Origin: a virus | Reading direction: 5' to 3' (one strand) | IMG/VR virus record: IMGVR_UViG_3300037193_002017 | Span: 1-64,000 of that record | Length of the DNA stretch: 64,000 nt | Shown here: piece by piece, positions 29,061-39,182 of the stretch | Position numbering within the stretch: position 1 is the stretch's first letter | Layout of the letters: each line of letters begins with the position of its first letter | The notes under the pieces: generated by a model | Database searches by the model: none | Told to the model about the DNA's origin: nothing | What the model saw: only the letters and a program-made list of their open reading frames with translations | Made by a program: the position numbers and the translations under genes

Positions 29061-29374
29061 GCGCCACCACCGGCGACCCGCTCGTCTTATGGCTGGTCAT
29101 CACCGGATCCGCGCTCACCACCGGCCTGATCCTGTGGCTGCTGAAGGTGCTGATCGACACCAGCACGGACACCACCCCCGCCGACGACCACGACCAGGGC
29201 CGGGAACCGCGCCTGACGTGGCTCCTCGCCTGGCCCTCCACCGGCGCCCCGCTCAGCTCCAAGCCCACACCGCCGGCCTCTCACATCCACACCCCGGCCT
29301 GTACCGGCGAAACCCTCCAGATCACCTCCGTCCAGCCGTCCCGCGCACGCCACGCCAAGAGGACCAACTCGTGA
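29054..29374 (+). CDS. Membrane protein with TTA codon
   Basis: N-terminal TM helix; operon overlap. Confidence 0.55.
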   Translation: MVSATTGDPLVLWLVITGSALTTGLILWLLKVLIDTSTDTTPADDHDQGREPRLTWLLAWPSTGAPLSSKPTPPASHIHTPACTGETLQITSVQPSRARHAKRTNS

Positions 29375-30018
29375 TCGAGAACACCTACTTCGGGTGGGAC
29401 CAGCTCGCCCACACCACCACCTGCGCGTCCCCGTCCTGGGACGTCGACGTCCGCAACACCATCACCACCCGCCCCCTCGCCGACTCCGCCGTCACCCACG
29501 GCTGCCCGGACCAGCACTGCACCCACTCCGGCGCCCTCGACCGGGTCACCATCCGCGTCATCTGCCGTGGCTGCGACACCGCCCACGTCATCAGCGGCGA
29601 GGCCCTCACCCGCACCGTCACCACCACCGGCGCGCTCGGCTACGGCCAGCCCCCGCGCGAGACGGCCGGCCTCTACCTGTGGCCCGGCCGCCCCGTCCTG
29701 CACGGCTGGGGCCCCGGGCCCTCCGGCCTGGACGACCAGCCCCACGAGTACCTCGTCACCACCACCCGAGTGGACCGGCTCACCCCCGGCGACTGCGTGG
29801 GCGCGGTCGGCCGCCACCGCACCGCTGGCGGCAAGCCCCGCTGGTGGGCCGGAGCCATCCCCACCCTGCCGCCCCTGCGCAGTCTGCCCGCGCCCGGGGA
29901 ATACCGGCTCGCCTGGGGCCGCCGCACCAGCGACCACACCACCGTCGAAGAGGCCGCCGCCTGGATCGCCGACGCCCTCAACCCCGCCCAGCCCCAGCCT
30001 CTGGTGGTCGCCGTATGA
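29371..30018 (+). CDS. Hypothetical Cys/His-rich protein
   Basis: GTGA overlap; H.C...C.H and CxxC motifs. Confidence 0.65.
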   Translation: MIENTYFGWDQLAHTTTCASPSWDVDVRNTITTRPLADSAVTHGCPDQHCTHSGALDRVTIRVICRGCDTAHVISGEALTRTVTTTGALGYGQPPRETAGLYLWPGRPVLHGWGPGPSGLDDQPHEYLVTTTRVDRLTPGDCVGAVGRHRTAGGKPRWWAGAIPTLPPLRSLPAPGEYRLAWGRRTSDHTTVEEAAAWIADALNPAQPQPLVVAV

Positions 30019-30839
30019 ACCTCATCGAACTTGCCCTGACCACCTACACCGAGTACCTCGGCGCCGCCGAGGACGAGGCCGACGCGCGGGCCGAGGAGCT
30101 GCGTGACAGCTTCCTCGCCGCCGCCCGCGCGACCGCCGGCACCCGCCTCGGTTCCGCCGCCGACGAGCTGGAGTGGACCTACACCCCGCACGGCGCCCTC
30201 CCCGAGGACACCGAGCAGGCCACCGCCCTGCTCGCCCCGGGACGGCTGGAGTACCTGCGCTACCGGTACGACCATGACGCCGAGGACACATCGTTCGAGC
30301 TGGTCCAGCCGTGCGGCGCGTGCGGGCACGACCGCGTCAACGAGGTCCCGGGCCTGACCAGGCTGGGCGAACTCCTCCACCAGGACGAGCAGCCCCACCA
30401 GGACGAGAAGCAGGACGCGGAGCCGGGCCCGCTCGCCGCGATCGAGACGCTCGAGGCCCTTACCGCCCGCATCGCCGGGCTGGCCCGCCGCCTCATCACC
30501 AAGCACCCGGGCCTCACCGTCGCCGACGTCCACGCCTTCGGCCACGACGACGCCACCAGCACCGGCAAGATCCGCATCAAGGCCGCCACGTTCGATGCGC
30601 TCGATCAGATCGCGCACGCCCTCGGCGTAGACGTGACCAACAAGACCGTGGACGTCGGCGACGGGACCCTTGGCGGCAGCGGCCTGTACGGGCGCGTCTT
30701 CCGCCACGCCCACGCCAACGCCGAGACCGACGGCATCGAGATCGAACTACGTGCCTCCACCCAGCTCAGCGTCGACGAGGCCGCCGCCTGGCGCGCCCAG
30801 CAGGACCAGGGTGCCGAGGACGGTGAAGGCACGTGCTGA
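30015..30839 (+). CDS. Hypothetical protein
   Basis: ATGA overlap; good codon usage; CxxC. Confidence 0.7.
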   Translation: MNLIELALTTYTEYLGAAEDEADARAEELRDSFLAAARATAGTRLGSAADELEWTYTPHGALPEDTEQATALLAPGRLEYLRYRYDHDAEDTSFELVQPCGACGHDRVNEVPGLTRLGELLHQDEQPHQDEKQDAEPGPLAAIETLEALTARIAGLARRLITKHPGLTVADVHAFGHDDATSTGKIRIKAATFDALDQIAHALGVDVTNKTVDVGDGTLGGSGLYGRVFRHAHANAETDGIEIELRASTQLSVDEAAAWRAQQDQGAEDGEGTC

Positions 30840-31051
30840 CCCGTTCCGTCATTGCGTTGCGGCCCGGTGACCAGGTCCGCCAGCCATCCGGGGCGTGGCT
30901 GACCGTGGCTGCCCGGCCCCGGCCCAACCCCCGTGGCCCCCGCCTCACCTGGCACTACGTCGGCGGCAGCACCGGCACCGCCGACTGGCTGGCCCGCGTG
31001 CCCTGCCGCCCCGCCCCCGACCAGACCGCCGAGGGCGGTGAGGACCAGTGA
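30833..31051 (+). CDS. Small hypothetical protein
   Basis: Operon overlap; ALRPGDQV motif. Confidence 0.55.
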   Translation: MLTRSVIALRPGDQVRQPSGAWLTVAARPRPNPRGPRLTWHYVGGSTGTADWLARVPCRPAPDQTAEGGEDQ

Positions 31052-31314
31052 CCGACACCGCCCAGGTCGTCACCGGCCTGCTCGCCCTGCCGCTGCTCGC
31101 GTCCGTACTCGTCATCGCCCGCACCACCGCCCGCCGCTGCTACTCGCCCGCCGGGTACGCCACCTTCCGTCAGCCCGCCCCCGGCGAGCAGCTACTCGCC
31201 TGCGAGGGACAGTGCCCGGGGCTGACGCCCCACGAAAAGGACGGCGACAGCACCGCCACCTGCACCATCTGCGGCGCACCCCGCCCGGAGTCCGCCGAGG
31301 CAGGTGAGGGCTGA
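31048..31314 (+). CDS. Membrane-anchored zinc-ribbon-like protein
   Basis: TM helix then C...C...H...CxxC. Confidence 0.6.
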   Translation: MTDTAQVVTGLLALPLLASVLVIARTTARRCYSPAGYATFRQPAPGEQLLACEGQCPGLTPHEKDGDSTATCTICGAPRPESAEAGEG

Positions 31315-31520
31315 TGGCGACTCGTGCCCAACGGCCCCGCCTGCCCGAGACCAACGACGCGCAGCGCAAGGCCCGCCAGGCCTGGAACGGCGGACTCGTC
31401 GGCGCCCCGCGCGTCGGCGACCACATCCCGCTCGTCCACACATGCACCGTCCCTGGCTGCAGCCGGTGCGCGGCGATCGCCCGCGCCCGCGCCGACCTCA
31501 GGTCAGGGGGCACCCCATGA
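31314..31520 (+). CDS. Small hypothetical protein
   Basis: TGATG coupling; H.C...C..C. Confidence 0.55.
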   Translation: MATRAQRPRLPETNDAQRKARQAWNGGLVGAPRVGDHIPLVHTCTVPGCSRCAAIARARADLRSGGTP

Positions 31521-32032
31521 GCGAGCGCGCCGACGTCATCGCCGCGGCCCTGCGCCAGCCGACCCTGCGCCGCCCGTACGTCGGGCATGAACTGCGCGGC
31601 GCCATCCTGCAGTTGCAGACGCCCAGGTCGGGCGTCGCGTGGACGGCGACCGTGCCGCAGCTGGCCCAGGCCATCGACACCGCACTGAGGAAGACCGAGG
31701 AGAAGGACACCCCGGGCGGCGCCCAGCCGTCGCCCGGGGCGGCGTTCACTGCTCGCGCTCAGATCCTCGCCGCCCTCCAAGCCGCCGGCCACACCCCCGA
31801 CCAGGCCGCGCAACTGCTCGCCCAGGCCGACCACGAACCCCGCGACCCCGACCCGAACCCCGACCACCCCGAGACCCTCGGCGGCGGTCACGCCCTGATC
31901 GTCGAGCACGGCGACTTCGTCCTCAAGGCCTCCTGCCAGTGCGGCAAGCAGCTTGGCTCAACCATCTCCGACGCCTCCCCGGACCTGTTCATGCCGGGCT
32001 GGGAGCGCCACACCAACACGGAGGTCACCTGA
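31517..32032 (+). CDS. Hypothetical protein
   Basis: ATGA overlap; CQCG...WERH. Confidence 0.6.
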   Translation: MSERADVIAAALRQPTLRRPYVGHELRGAILQLQTPRSGVAWTATVPQLAQAIDTALRKTEEKDTPGGAQPSPGAAFTARAQILAALQAAGHTPDQAAQLLAQADHEPRDPDPNPDHPETLGGGHALIVEHGDFVLKASCQCGKQLGSTISDASPDLFMPGWERHTNTEVT

Positions 32033-32033
32033 C

Positions 32034-32522
32034 ATGGCTCTCCCCACGCGTCACGCCGCCCGGGCGCAGATCGTCGCCCGTCTCCTCAACAGCCCCGGCA
32101 CCTGGCTGCCCGCCGGCACCTTCCCCGACCGTATGGCCGCCGACCATCTCGCCCGCCACATCAACGGCGCCGAGGGCGTGTTCGGCAAGTACGGCACAAA
32201 GGGCGACTACAGCACCCGCACCCGCTCCGTCGAGGACGGCTTCCTCGTCGAGGCCCGCTACCTCGAGGCCGCGCCGCCCAAGCCGCGCGTGGACGCCCCG
32301 GGGTCGCCCGACACCCAGCGCGTGCTGCAGCAGATCGCGCACGGCGAGATCTGGTGCGGCCCCGAGGCAGCCCGGGCGATCGCGGCCCGCCACGAGGAGG
32401 CGTACGGCGCCGCCTGGCGGAGGAAGCCTGCCCAGCCCACCGACGACACCGCGTGGGCCGACGCCTGCGCCGCCCTCAGCCCGACCACCTCCAGCAGCGC
32501 GCCTCTGAACGGAGCAGCATGA
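32034..32522 (+). CDS. Hypothetical protein
   Basis: RBS GGAGG. Confidence 0.62.
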   Translation: MALPTRHAARAQIVARLLNSPGTWLPAGTFPDRMAADHLARHINGAEGVFGKYGTKGDYSTRTRSVEDGFLVEARYLEAAPPKPRVDAPGSPDTQRVLQQIAHGEIWCGPEAARAIAARHEEAYGAAWRRKPAQPTDDTAWADACAALSPTTSSSAPLNGAA

Positions 32523-33859
32523 CCACGCCCAGCATCGAGCCTCCGGCCGTTCCCGATCTGGCGCGGATCCTCGGCGGGCCGGTCGTCACGATGCTCGCCC
32601 ACGCCGATGAGGTCTTCCTCGGCGACGTCGTCGACACCATCGACGGCCCCGTCCACGTACGGGAGATCGTCCAGCGCCGCGACCGCTGGACTCTGGCCGG
32701 CGACCCGCCCGGCCACATCGTCCGCTCCATCGCCCGGAATCCGTGGCCGGTGCCGGCGGAACCGCTGTTCCGCCGCACCCTGCCCGCGTACCAGACGATC
32801 CGGATCCGCCGCTCGGTCCGGCACTTCGGCCGGTTGAAGGGCCACGCCCAGGACGTCCGCTCCCACAACCCGGTCAAGCGCGGCTGCTACACCCACATCG
32901 ACGGCTACACCGCCGCCTGCTCCTGCGGCTGGAAGGCCATCGACATCTACGCCTCCAAGGGCCGGGCCTCCGATGGCTGGCAGGGGCACAAGGCCGGCCA
33001 GTTCACAGAGGCCGCCTACGCCGACAACTCCGCCCTGCTGTGGCTGGACTCGGTCGAGGCCGTCCACCTGACCCTGCCCCCGCTGCCGTGGGCCTTCAAG
33101 AAGATCGTCAGCGGTCCGCGCCACGGCGACGGCATCGCCGAGGCCTCCCTGGACAGCCTCACCGTGGACCGGGCCCGCCAGGTGATGGCTGCCTGGCGGG
33201 CGGTGATCGACGTCGAGGACGAGGAAACCATCGACAACCACCGGCCCGGCCCGATCCACGGCCCCGGCGGTGAGCGCCCCGGCAACACCTACCTGCGCCT
33301 GTCCGGCAACGGCGGGGCCAACGCCCGGGTCATCCTCACCGCCGTCATCGACGACCTCCCGGCCGACGTTGAGGAGCGGCGTGGCAGCCCGGAACCCCGG
33401 CTGGCCGTGAAAGCCACGTCCGCGCGCTACGCCGAGGAACTGCGCCGGACTCCGGGGAAGGCGTCGGCCGACGGACACGCAGGTTGGGAGTGCGGTGCGG
33501 GCGCCTCGCTGATCGTCCGGGCAGAAACTCCCGGGGCCGGGAAGCTCGGGACGCATCACGGCGTGATCTACGCCTGCGCCGAGCACCAGGTGGCGGCCGA
33601 GGAGCGCATCGAGGGCGCCGGGTACGGGCCGCGGGTCGACCCGGCCCCCGCCGGGCACCGGTGGGACCCGTGGCCGTGCGGTCACGTCACCGCGTACAAC
33701 TCGGCGGCCCTGACCGCCCTCAGGGACGACGTCCCTGACGACGATCGCGACCCCGCGTCCCTGCACCCCGAGCCTGACGAGCCCGACTGGGACAGCCCGC
33801 ACTGGGACGGCAACGACGGTCAGCACGGCGACGAGCCTGACGAGGACGTCGTGGGATGA
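32519..33859 (+). CDS. Hypothetical multi-domain protein
   Basis: ATGA overlap; CSCGW...W..H motif; acidic tail. Confidence 0.65.
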   Translation: MTTPSIEPPAVPDLARILGGPVVTMLAHADEVFLGDVVDTIDGPVHVREIVQRRDRWTLAGDPPGHIVRSIARNPWPVPAEPLFRRTLPAYQTIRIRRSVRHFGRLKGHAQDVRSHNPVKRGCYTHIDGYTAACSCGWKAIDIYASKGRASDGWQGHKAGQFTEAAYADNSALLWLDSVEAVHLTLPPLPWAFKKIVSGPRHGDGIAEASLDSLTVDRARQVMAAWRAVIDVEDEETIDNHRPGPIHGPGGERPGNTYLRLSGNGGANARVILTAVIDDLPADVEERRGSPEPRLAVKATSARYAEELRRTPGKASADGHAGWECGAGASLIVRAETPGAGKLGTHHGVIYACAEHQVAAEERIEGAGYGPRVDPAPAGHRWDPWPCGHVTAYNSAALTALRDDVPDDDRDPASLHPEPDEPDWDSPHWDGNDGQHGDEPDEDVVG

Positions 33860-34164
33860 GCGGGGACCGTCCGCGCCCGGAGTGCCGGCACTGGATCGGC
33901 GTCGAGCGCCGTCACTGCCGGGCCGTGGACGGCGTCCGCTTCTACCTCACCGGCTGGTGCTGCCCCGACCACACTCCACGCGCCCTGCAGGGCCTGGACG
34001 AGATCGAGCCCGGGACCGGCATCCCTCCCGGGGATCTTCCTCTCTCGCCCATCTCCGCCTCCCGCGTCCACGACACCCGCGCGGTCGCTTCCGGCAAGCG
34101 CCGCTCCACCCCCGCCGCCTACCAGGCCGCGAAAGCCGATCTCCGAAGGGAACTCAACCTGTGA
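33856..34164 (+). CDS. Cys/His zinc-binding hypothetical protein
   Basis: CRHW....HC......YLTGWCC..HTP. Confidence 0.65.
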   Translation: MSGDRPRPECRHWIGVERRHCRAVDGVRFYLTGWCCPDHTPRALQGLDEIEPGTGIPPGDLPLSPISASRVHDTRAVASGKRRSTPAAYQAAKADLRRELNL

Positions 34165-34742
34165 CACCGACCAGCGCATGCCGCCCCTCGCCCGCCGACA
34201 TGCACCCCCGCCGCACTACGCCCGCCCCGGCAGCCTCGGCCAAACCCACCACCCCCACCCCGGCACCGCCCGTACCGTCCCGGCCGCAGAACACCGCCCC
34301 GGCGCCGGCCGAGGCACCCCGCCCGTACGTGCCGCGCCGCCTGACGCTCGCCGAGGCCGTCGCTCCCGGCAAGTTGCGCAACAAAGAGCACCTGCGCAGC
34401 CTGTTCCCCCGCGCCGTCCGGATCAGCCGCATGCACCCCGAAGCACGGTTGGTCGCCCTGACCCTCCTCGGCCACGCCCACTTCAAGACCGGCCTGGTCA
34501 GCCCCGCGCGCCGCCCCAACATGACGCAGCTCGCCGAGGAGACCGGCCTCACCACCGGCCAGGTCGAGGTGCAGATCCACGTCCTGACCCAGCGCGGCTG
34601 GCTCTACACCCGCCCCCTCACCCAGGGCCGCCACGCCGGTGAGGAGGGCCTGTTCGTGGCCGTGCCCGCCCTGCTCCTCGAGCACCTGCGCGCTGCCCGC
34701 TCCGCACACGCCGAGCAGACCGCCGACGGCGGCACCGAGTGA
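34161..34742 (+). CDS. Winged-HTH protein, replication-associated
   Basis: ARLVALTL...P....LAEETGL....V.....L..RGWL. Confidence 0.65.
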   Translation: MTPTSACRPSPADMHPRRTTPAPAASAKPTTPTPAPPVPSRPQNTAPAPAEAPRPYVPRRLTLAEAVAPGKLRNKEHLRSLFPRAVRISRMHPEARLVALTLLGHAHFKTGLVSPARRPNMTQLAEETGLTTGQVEVQIHVLTQRGWLYTRPLTQGRHAGEEGLFVAVPALLLEHLRAARSAHAEQTADGGTE

Positions 34743-34868
34743 GCCGCCCCCGCAGGCCCTGCCGCCGGGCGGCCCGGGCCCTGGCCCTCCTCTGTGCCGC
34801 GCTGACCACGGCCGCCCTCGTCCTCACCGCCTGCACCCACCCCTGACCCGCGCTCCAAGGAAGGCTCT

Positions 34869-36740
34869 GTGTCCGCTGCGCACGCTGCCGCTGCTGAGCC
34901 CCGCCACACCCGTGGCGGGGCCAGCAGCGCTGCCGTGCGCACCCGCGCGCGCCGCCCTCAGCGACGCACGGTGCAGACGGTGGAGATCCCCGAGCGCGTC
35001 TACCGCGGCTCCCACTACTCGGACGCGTTCGTCAAGGCGTGGGCAAAAATAGCCGCCCTCGACGTCGACACCAACGAAGAACACTGCAACGCCCACGTCA
35101 CCGAACTCGCCCGCTTCTCCGGCCTGTCGGTGCGCACCTTCCAGCGCGCCCTCACCGAGGGCCGCACCCCAGGCCCGGACGGCGGCCCGCCAGAGTTCTC
35201 CACCCGCCGCATGACCCGGAAGACGGGTGTCGGCCGCACAGCGATCCGAGAAGTCCGCCCCGTCGTCGAAGGCGAGCGGTACGTCACCGTGTCCGTCGCG
35301 ATGTGCGATGCCCTCGAGCCGCGCCGCCTGCGCGCCGCCCTCCTCCTCGCGCACACCGCCAAGTACACCCCCGGCTACGAGCCGACCGCCGCCGAACTGG
35401 CGGGCGAGCTGTTCCACCACCACGACACCAGCGCCGGGCAGTCGCTCTCGGAGCGCACCGCGCGCCGCATCATGCGCGACCTCGAGCAGACGGGCTGGGC
35501 CAGCATCGGCCACCGTGCCGGCTACCAGGGCCGCCACACCCTCACCGTCCACCGCCATCCGATCCGCCCCGCCGAGCAGCTCGCCCTGGACCTCGACGTC
35601 CCGGCCGCCGACACATCTGCTGGCCCGGTCGACTCGGCCGGGCCGGGTGCGGACAACCATGGCGGATCCGGTCCGGCCGCCCCTGGCGGATCCCTCGCGA
35701 TCAAGGAAGACAGCGGGGTTGTTACTGACGAGGTTGTTGCGCCCCAGGAGGTGGGTGGTTCCCGCCGTAGGCGAGTGACCGGTAGTAAGCCCGCGATCGA
35801 CGCGCGTGACCTCGCTGACGGCACGTTCGGGCCCGGCGCTGCTCGCGCTCCGCGCGGGAACCACCCCGCCCCCACCCTCACCACCGCCGGGAAGCCCGCG
35901 TACGCCGGGCCGGAACTGCGCTGGACCAAGCGCATCCACGACAGCCTCGCCCCCGTACGCCACCACCTCGACGGCATCAGCCGGTTCATGCTGCGCAAGG
36001 TCGCCCGCGAGATCGGCCGCCAGCTCGACCAGGCCGCCCACACCCTGATGACCCCGCAGCGGATGGCCGCCCGCATCGCCACCCGCTACCGCGACGCCGG
36101 ACCCATCCGCGACATGGGCGCCTGGCTCCTCGCCGTCGCCATCACCCCCAAGGGCTGCGGCCAGCCGCTGTGCGAAGACTCGAGCATCTGGCCCACCGGC
36201 GAACCCTGCGAGACCTGCACCGTCAACCGGCAGACCACCAGCGAGCACTGGCGGCGCGCCCGCGCCTGGGGCGACCAGCTCGCCGAGCTCCGCGCCCGCC
36301 GGGCATCTGAGACCGCCCCCGTGCGGGCGACGTACCGGCAGCGCTCCGCGGCCCCCGACGAGGAGGTCCTGGCGGTGGCCGCCGCGCACGGCCCGGCGAC
36401 CGCGCTGCACGTCTACGGCGTGTACCGGGCCGGACCCGTGCTCCGCGCCCAGTACGGGCACCTGCCCGCCGCTGCCGGCGCCGCCCCGCACCAGCCCGCT
36501 GCGCCCGCTCCCCTTCGCATGCCCGAGGAGACGCCCATGCCCGACCACCGCGGCTACATGCCCGCCGAGTTCCGCCGCGCGGCCGGCCGGGCCCCCGCCG
36601 AGGGCGCGCTCGCCATCGCCTGCCCGCAGCCCGGCTGCCTCGCCGAGGAAGGGCAGCCGTGCACGACCCAGCGCGGCCGACGCCGCGCACCACACGAAGC
36701 CCGCACGACCGCCGCCGAGACGCGCGGAGAGGAGAGCTGA
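34869..36740 (+). CDS. Putative replication initiator (two wHTH domains and C-terminal zinc finger)
   Basis: ELARFSGLSVRTFQRAL and ELAGEL...LSERTARRIMRDLEQTGW; C-terminal CP..C.A..GQPC....H..R. Confidence 0.7.
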   Translation: MSAAHAAAAEPRHTRGGASSAAVRTRARRPQRRTVQTVEIPERVYRGSHYSDAFVKAWAKIAALDVDTNEEHCNAHVTELARFSGLSVRTFQRALTEGRTPGPDGGPPEFSTRRMTRKTGVGRTAIREVRPVVEGERYVTVSVAMCDALEPRRLRAALLLAHTAKYTPGYEPTAAELAGELFHHHDTSAGQSLSERTARRIMRDLEQTGWASIGHRAGYQGRHTLTVHRHPIRPAEQLALDLDVPAADTSAGPVDSAGPGADNHGGSGPAAPGGSLAIKEDSGVVTDEVVAPQEVGGSRRRRVTGSKPAIDARDLADGTFGPGAARAPRGNHPAPTLTTAGKPAYAGPELRWTKRIHDSLAPVRHHLDGISRFMLRKVAREIGRQLDQAAHTLMTPQRMAARIATRYRDAGPIRDMGAWLLAVAITPKGCGQPLCEDSSIWPTGEPCETCTVNRQTTSEHWRRARAWGDQLAELRARRASETAPVRATYRQRSAAPDEEVLAVAAAHGPATALHVYGVYRAGPVLRAQYGHLPAAAGAAPHQPAAPAPLRMPEETPMPDHRGYMPAEFRRAAGRAPAEGALAIACPQPGCLAEEGQPCTTQRGRRRAPHEARTTAAETRGEES

Positions 36741-36743
36741 CCC

Positions 36744-37064
36744 ATGCCCAGTGACCACGGCATCGTCCTGTGCGACGACTGCCTCGAGCGGATCCGGTGG
36801 GCGATCACCGTCAACGGCCGCCGCCAGGCCGTCAACGCCGACCCCGATGAGAAGGGGAACCTGGCCGTCTACAAAGACGGCACCGGCACCCTGCGCGCCC
36901 GCGTTCTCACCGCCGAGCGGGACCGCCTCGAGGGCACCGAGTGGCAGGCCATGCCCCACGCCGCCACCTGCACCAACCCCCGCCCCCGGCCCCGCACCCC
37001 CAGCAGGCCCGGCCGCCGCGCCGCCGTACGCCCCGGCAACTGGCCGAACAGGTGGACGCGATGA
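36744..37064 (+). CDS. Zinc-binding hypothetical protein
   Basis: CxxC...IRWA.T.NG...VNADPD..GN...H.ATC. Confidence 0.7.
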   Translation: MPSDHGIVLCDDCLERIRWAITVNGRRQAVNADPDEKGNLAVYKDGTGTLRARVLTAERDRLEGTEWQAMPHAATCTNPRPRPRTPSRPGRRAAVRPGNWPNRWTR

Positions 37065-37092
37065 GGACCGCCGGGCAGCCCGGGGGTGAGGC

Positions 37093-37305
37093 ATGAGCGT
37101 CCCCGAGTTCCGCGAGCACCTCGCGGAGGACGTCCCGACCGGCTCGTTCGGCGGCTCCCGGCCGCCCCTGCCCGCGCACATCACACCGTGCACGCCCGAC
37201 GAGCAGGCCCGGCACTACGCCGACCTCGCCGACGCCCTCTGCAGCTTCCGCGTCGGCGACGCCCTCCGCCGCCACCAGCCTGCCAGCAAGGAGGCGCAAG
37301 CCTGA
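37093..37305 (+). CDS. Small hypothetical protein
   Basis: RBS GAGG. Confidence 0.55.
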   Translation: MSVPEFREHLAEDVPTGSFGGSRPPLPAHITPCTPDEQARHYADLADALCSFRVGDALRRHQPASKEAQA

Positions 37306-37532
37306 TGAGCCCCCAACTCCTGCTCTTCGCCTGCCCGTTCGGAGGCTGCGACGACGACGGCTACTGCGCCTGTCTGGAGGAGGACGTCGAGGCCTTCGAC
37401 GACCTGGACGACGAAGGCCTCGACGTCCTCCTCGACCGCCACGGCCGCGTACGCCGCATCGAGACCGTCCCGATCTCCATCGACGACTACCAGCCCACGC
37501 CCGCCACCGACGACGGAAGGCACAGCGCATGA
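37305..37532 (+). CDS. Small acidic hypothetical protein
   Basis: TGATG coupling, RBS AGGAGG. Confidence 0.55.
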   Translation: MSPQLLLFACPFGGCDDDGYCACLEEDVEAFDDLDDEGLDVLLDRHGRVRRIETVPISIDDYQPTPATDDGRHSA

Positions 37533-37960
37533 ACCTGCCCGCCCGCACCAACACCCCCGACCGCATCACCACCAACCCCGACGGCTCGAAGACCACCACC
37601 ATCAAGCTCAAGCGCGCCTGCAACGGCTGCGGACAACGCCTCCGCGACATCACCGACGCCGAGATGACCGCCGCGATCAACGGACGCCCGCTCCCCGACG
37701 TCCGCCGCGAATGCCCCACCTGCGGACCCACCGCACCACCCCCCGCCTGCCTCCCCATGACGCTCCTCTCCGGCGAGCTGCGCTGCATCGAAGGCGACTG
37801 CGACCACGACACCCCCACCGGATCGGACGAGTGCGACGCCATCGGCACAGAGACCGTCTGCGCCATCCACTCCACGTTCACCCCCGGCTTCGAGGACACC
37901 TACGAAGTGGTCACCCACGCCGAGCCCTGGCCCTGCCAGCACGACGCCTCTGCGGCCTGA
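37529..37960 (+). CDS. Cys-rich hypothetical protein
   Basis: CNGCG...ECPTC and a second Cys cluster ending WPC. Confidence 0.65.
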   Translation: MNLPARTNTPDRITTNPDGSKTTTIKLKRACNGCGQRLRDITDAEMTAAINGRPLPDVRRECPTCGPTAPPPACLPMTLLSGELRCIEGDCDHDTPTGSDECDAIGTETVCAIHSTFTPGFEDTYEVVTHAEPWPCQHDASAA

Positions 37961-38009
37961 TCCGCCGCCCATCCGGTCCGGAAACCCACGCGCACAGAAA
38001 GGCCCCCAC

Positions 38010-38216
38010 ATGACCGCCACGCCCTGCCCCGGACCCTGCCCCAACGGCATCCGCGGCTCCGGCAAGTACCTCTGTCTCGGCTGCTGGAGCGATCTGCCAA
38101 TGGCCGCCCGCCGCGCGCTGAACGGCCGCGACAGCAAGGCCATGGACCGCCTTCAGGAGCTGTACCGGCAGCTGTCCGCGGGCGTGCCGCTCGCCGAGGT
38201 TCAGGTGAGCCCGTGA
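38010..38216 (+). CDS. Small zinc-finger-like protein (paralog of 39295-39501)
   Basis: PCPG.C...YLC..CW..LP. Confidence 0.65.
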   Translation: MTATPCPGPCPNGIRGSGKYLCLGCWSDLPMAARRALNGRDSKAMDRLQELYRQLSAGVPLAEVQVSP

Positions 38217-38310
38217 ACGGCGACGTCTGGACCAACACGCCGTGCCCCAAGTTCCTCCCCGAGGACGACGAGTCCGCCGCCAGGGCAGGGCGGGACGGGG
38301 CGCAGCCGTC

Positions 38311-38550
38311 GTGAGGGATCTCGTCGAGTGCCAGTACTGCCACAAGCCGATCCGCTCGGCCACGTCGATGGGGCGGCGGATCGGGGGCCGCTGCTGGCGC
38401 AAGCTCGCCCCCGCCCAGCGCGACGCGATCCGCGCCGTTCTCGCCCGTACGGCCACGCCGTCCGCGGCGACCGTCCGCGCCGCCCTCAACCAGGCCGCCC
38501 CCGCCGGGGACGGCCAGCTCCCTCTCGAAGAACAGGACACCCAGCAGTGA
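38311..38550 (+). CDS. Zinc-finger protein (DUF6011-like)
   Basis: C..C.KP.....S..R.IG..CWRK. Confidence 0.65.
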   Translation: MRDLVECQYCHKPIRSATSMGRRIGGRCWRKLAPAQRDAIRAVLARTATPSAATVRAALNQAAPAGDGQLPLEEQDTQQ

Positions 38551-39182
38551 GCGATAACACCGAGCGCGAGCGTGAGGCAGAGACGCGGATGGTCGTGGTC
38601 GACGGCCGCGAAGCCATGGCATACGTAATCCTCCGCCCCACCGGCACGACCGGCACCATCGCCCTGGAAGCGGCAGCCGAGGACGGTGTCGACAAGAAGC
38701 ACGTCGCCCACGTGCTCCGGCACGTTGCGGACCAGTGGGCGCCCCGCCCTGGCCTGGCCGGTGTCCTCGACGAGATCGCCGCCGAACGCACCCGCCAGCA
38801 CACGGCGTTCGGCGAAGCGGAATGGGCGCGCCCCGACGGCACGGGCCAGTACCCCGAGACCATCGACGCGGACGTGGCCCTGCAGGCGTGCGAACAGGCC
38901 ACGGAGATGGGCTACCTGGACTGGCTCCACGTCCTGCGCGCCGCCGCCGGGCACGTCTTCGCCGAGTCCCGGCTCGCCGAGCTGCGCGTCGCGCTGGTGA
39001 AGCTGGCCTCGTTCACGGCCGGCTGGATCCAGGCGATCGACCACCGCACGGGCAACCAGCCTGGCGGCCTCGCCGAGCTCCTGGCCGTCGTCGCCGAGCA
39101 GCTGCCCGCCGACGACCCCGACGCTGCGGCCGAAGGCCTCGCCCGCATGCCCCGCCCCGATGCCACGGGGAGGACCGAGTGA
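38547..39182 (+). CDS. MazG-like helical domain protein, apparently degenerate
   Basis: LDEIAAERTRQ...FGE...PDGTG...W.HVL...LR..LV..A.....WI.AID. Confidence 0.55.
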   Translation: MSDNTEREREAETRMVVVDGREAMAYVILRPTGTTGTIALEAAAEDGVDKKHVAHVLRHVADQWAPRPGLAGVLDEIAAERTRQHTAFGEAEWARPDGTGQYPETIDADVALQACEQATEMGYLDWLHVLRAAAGHVFAESRLAELRVALVKLASFTAGWIQAIDHRTGNQPGGLAELLAVVAEQLPADDPDAAAEGLARMPRPDATGRTE

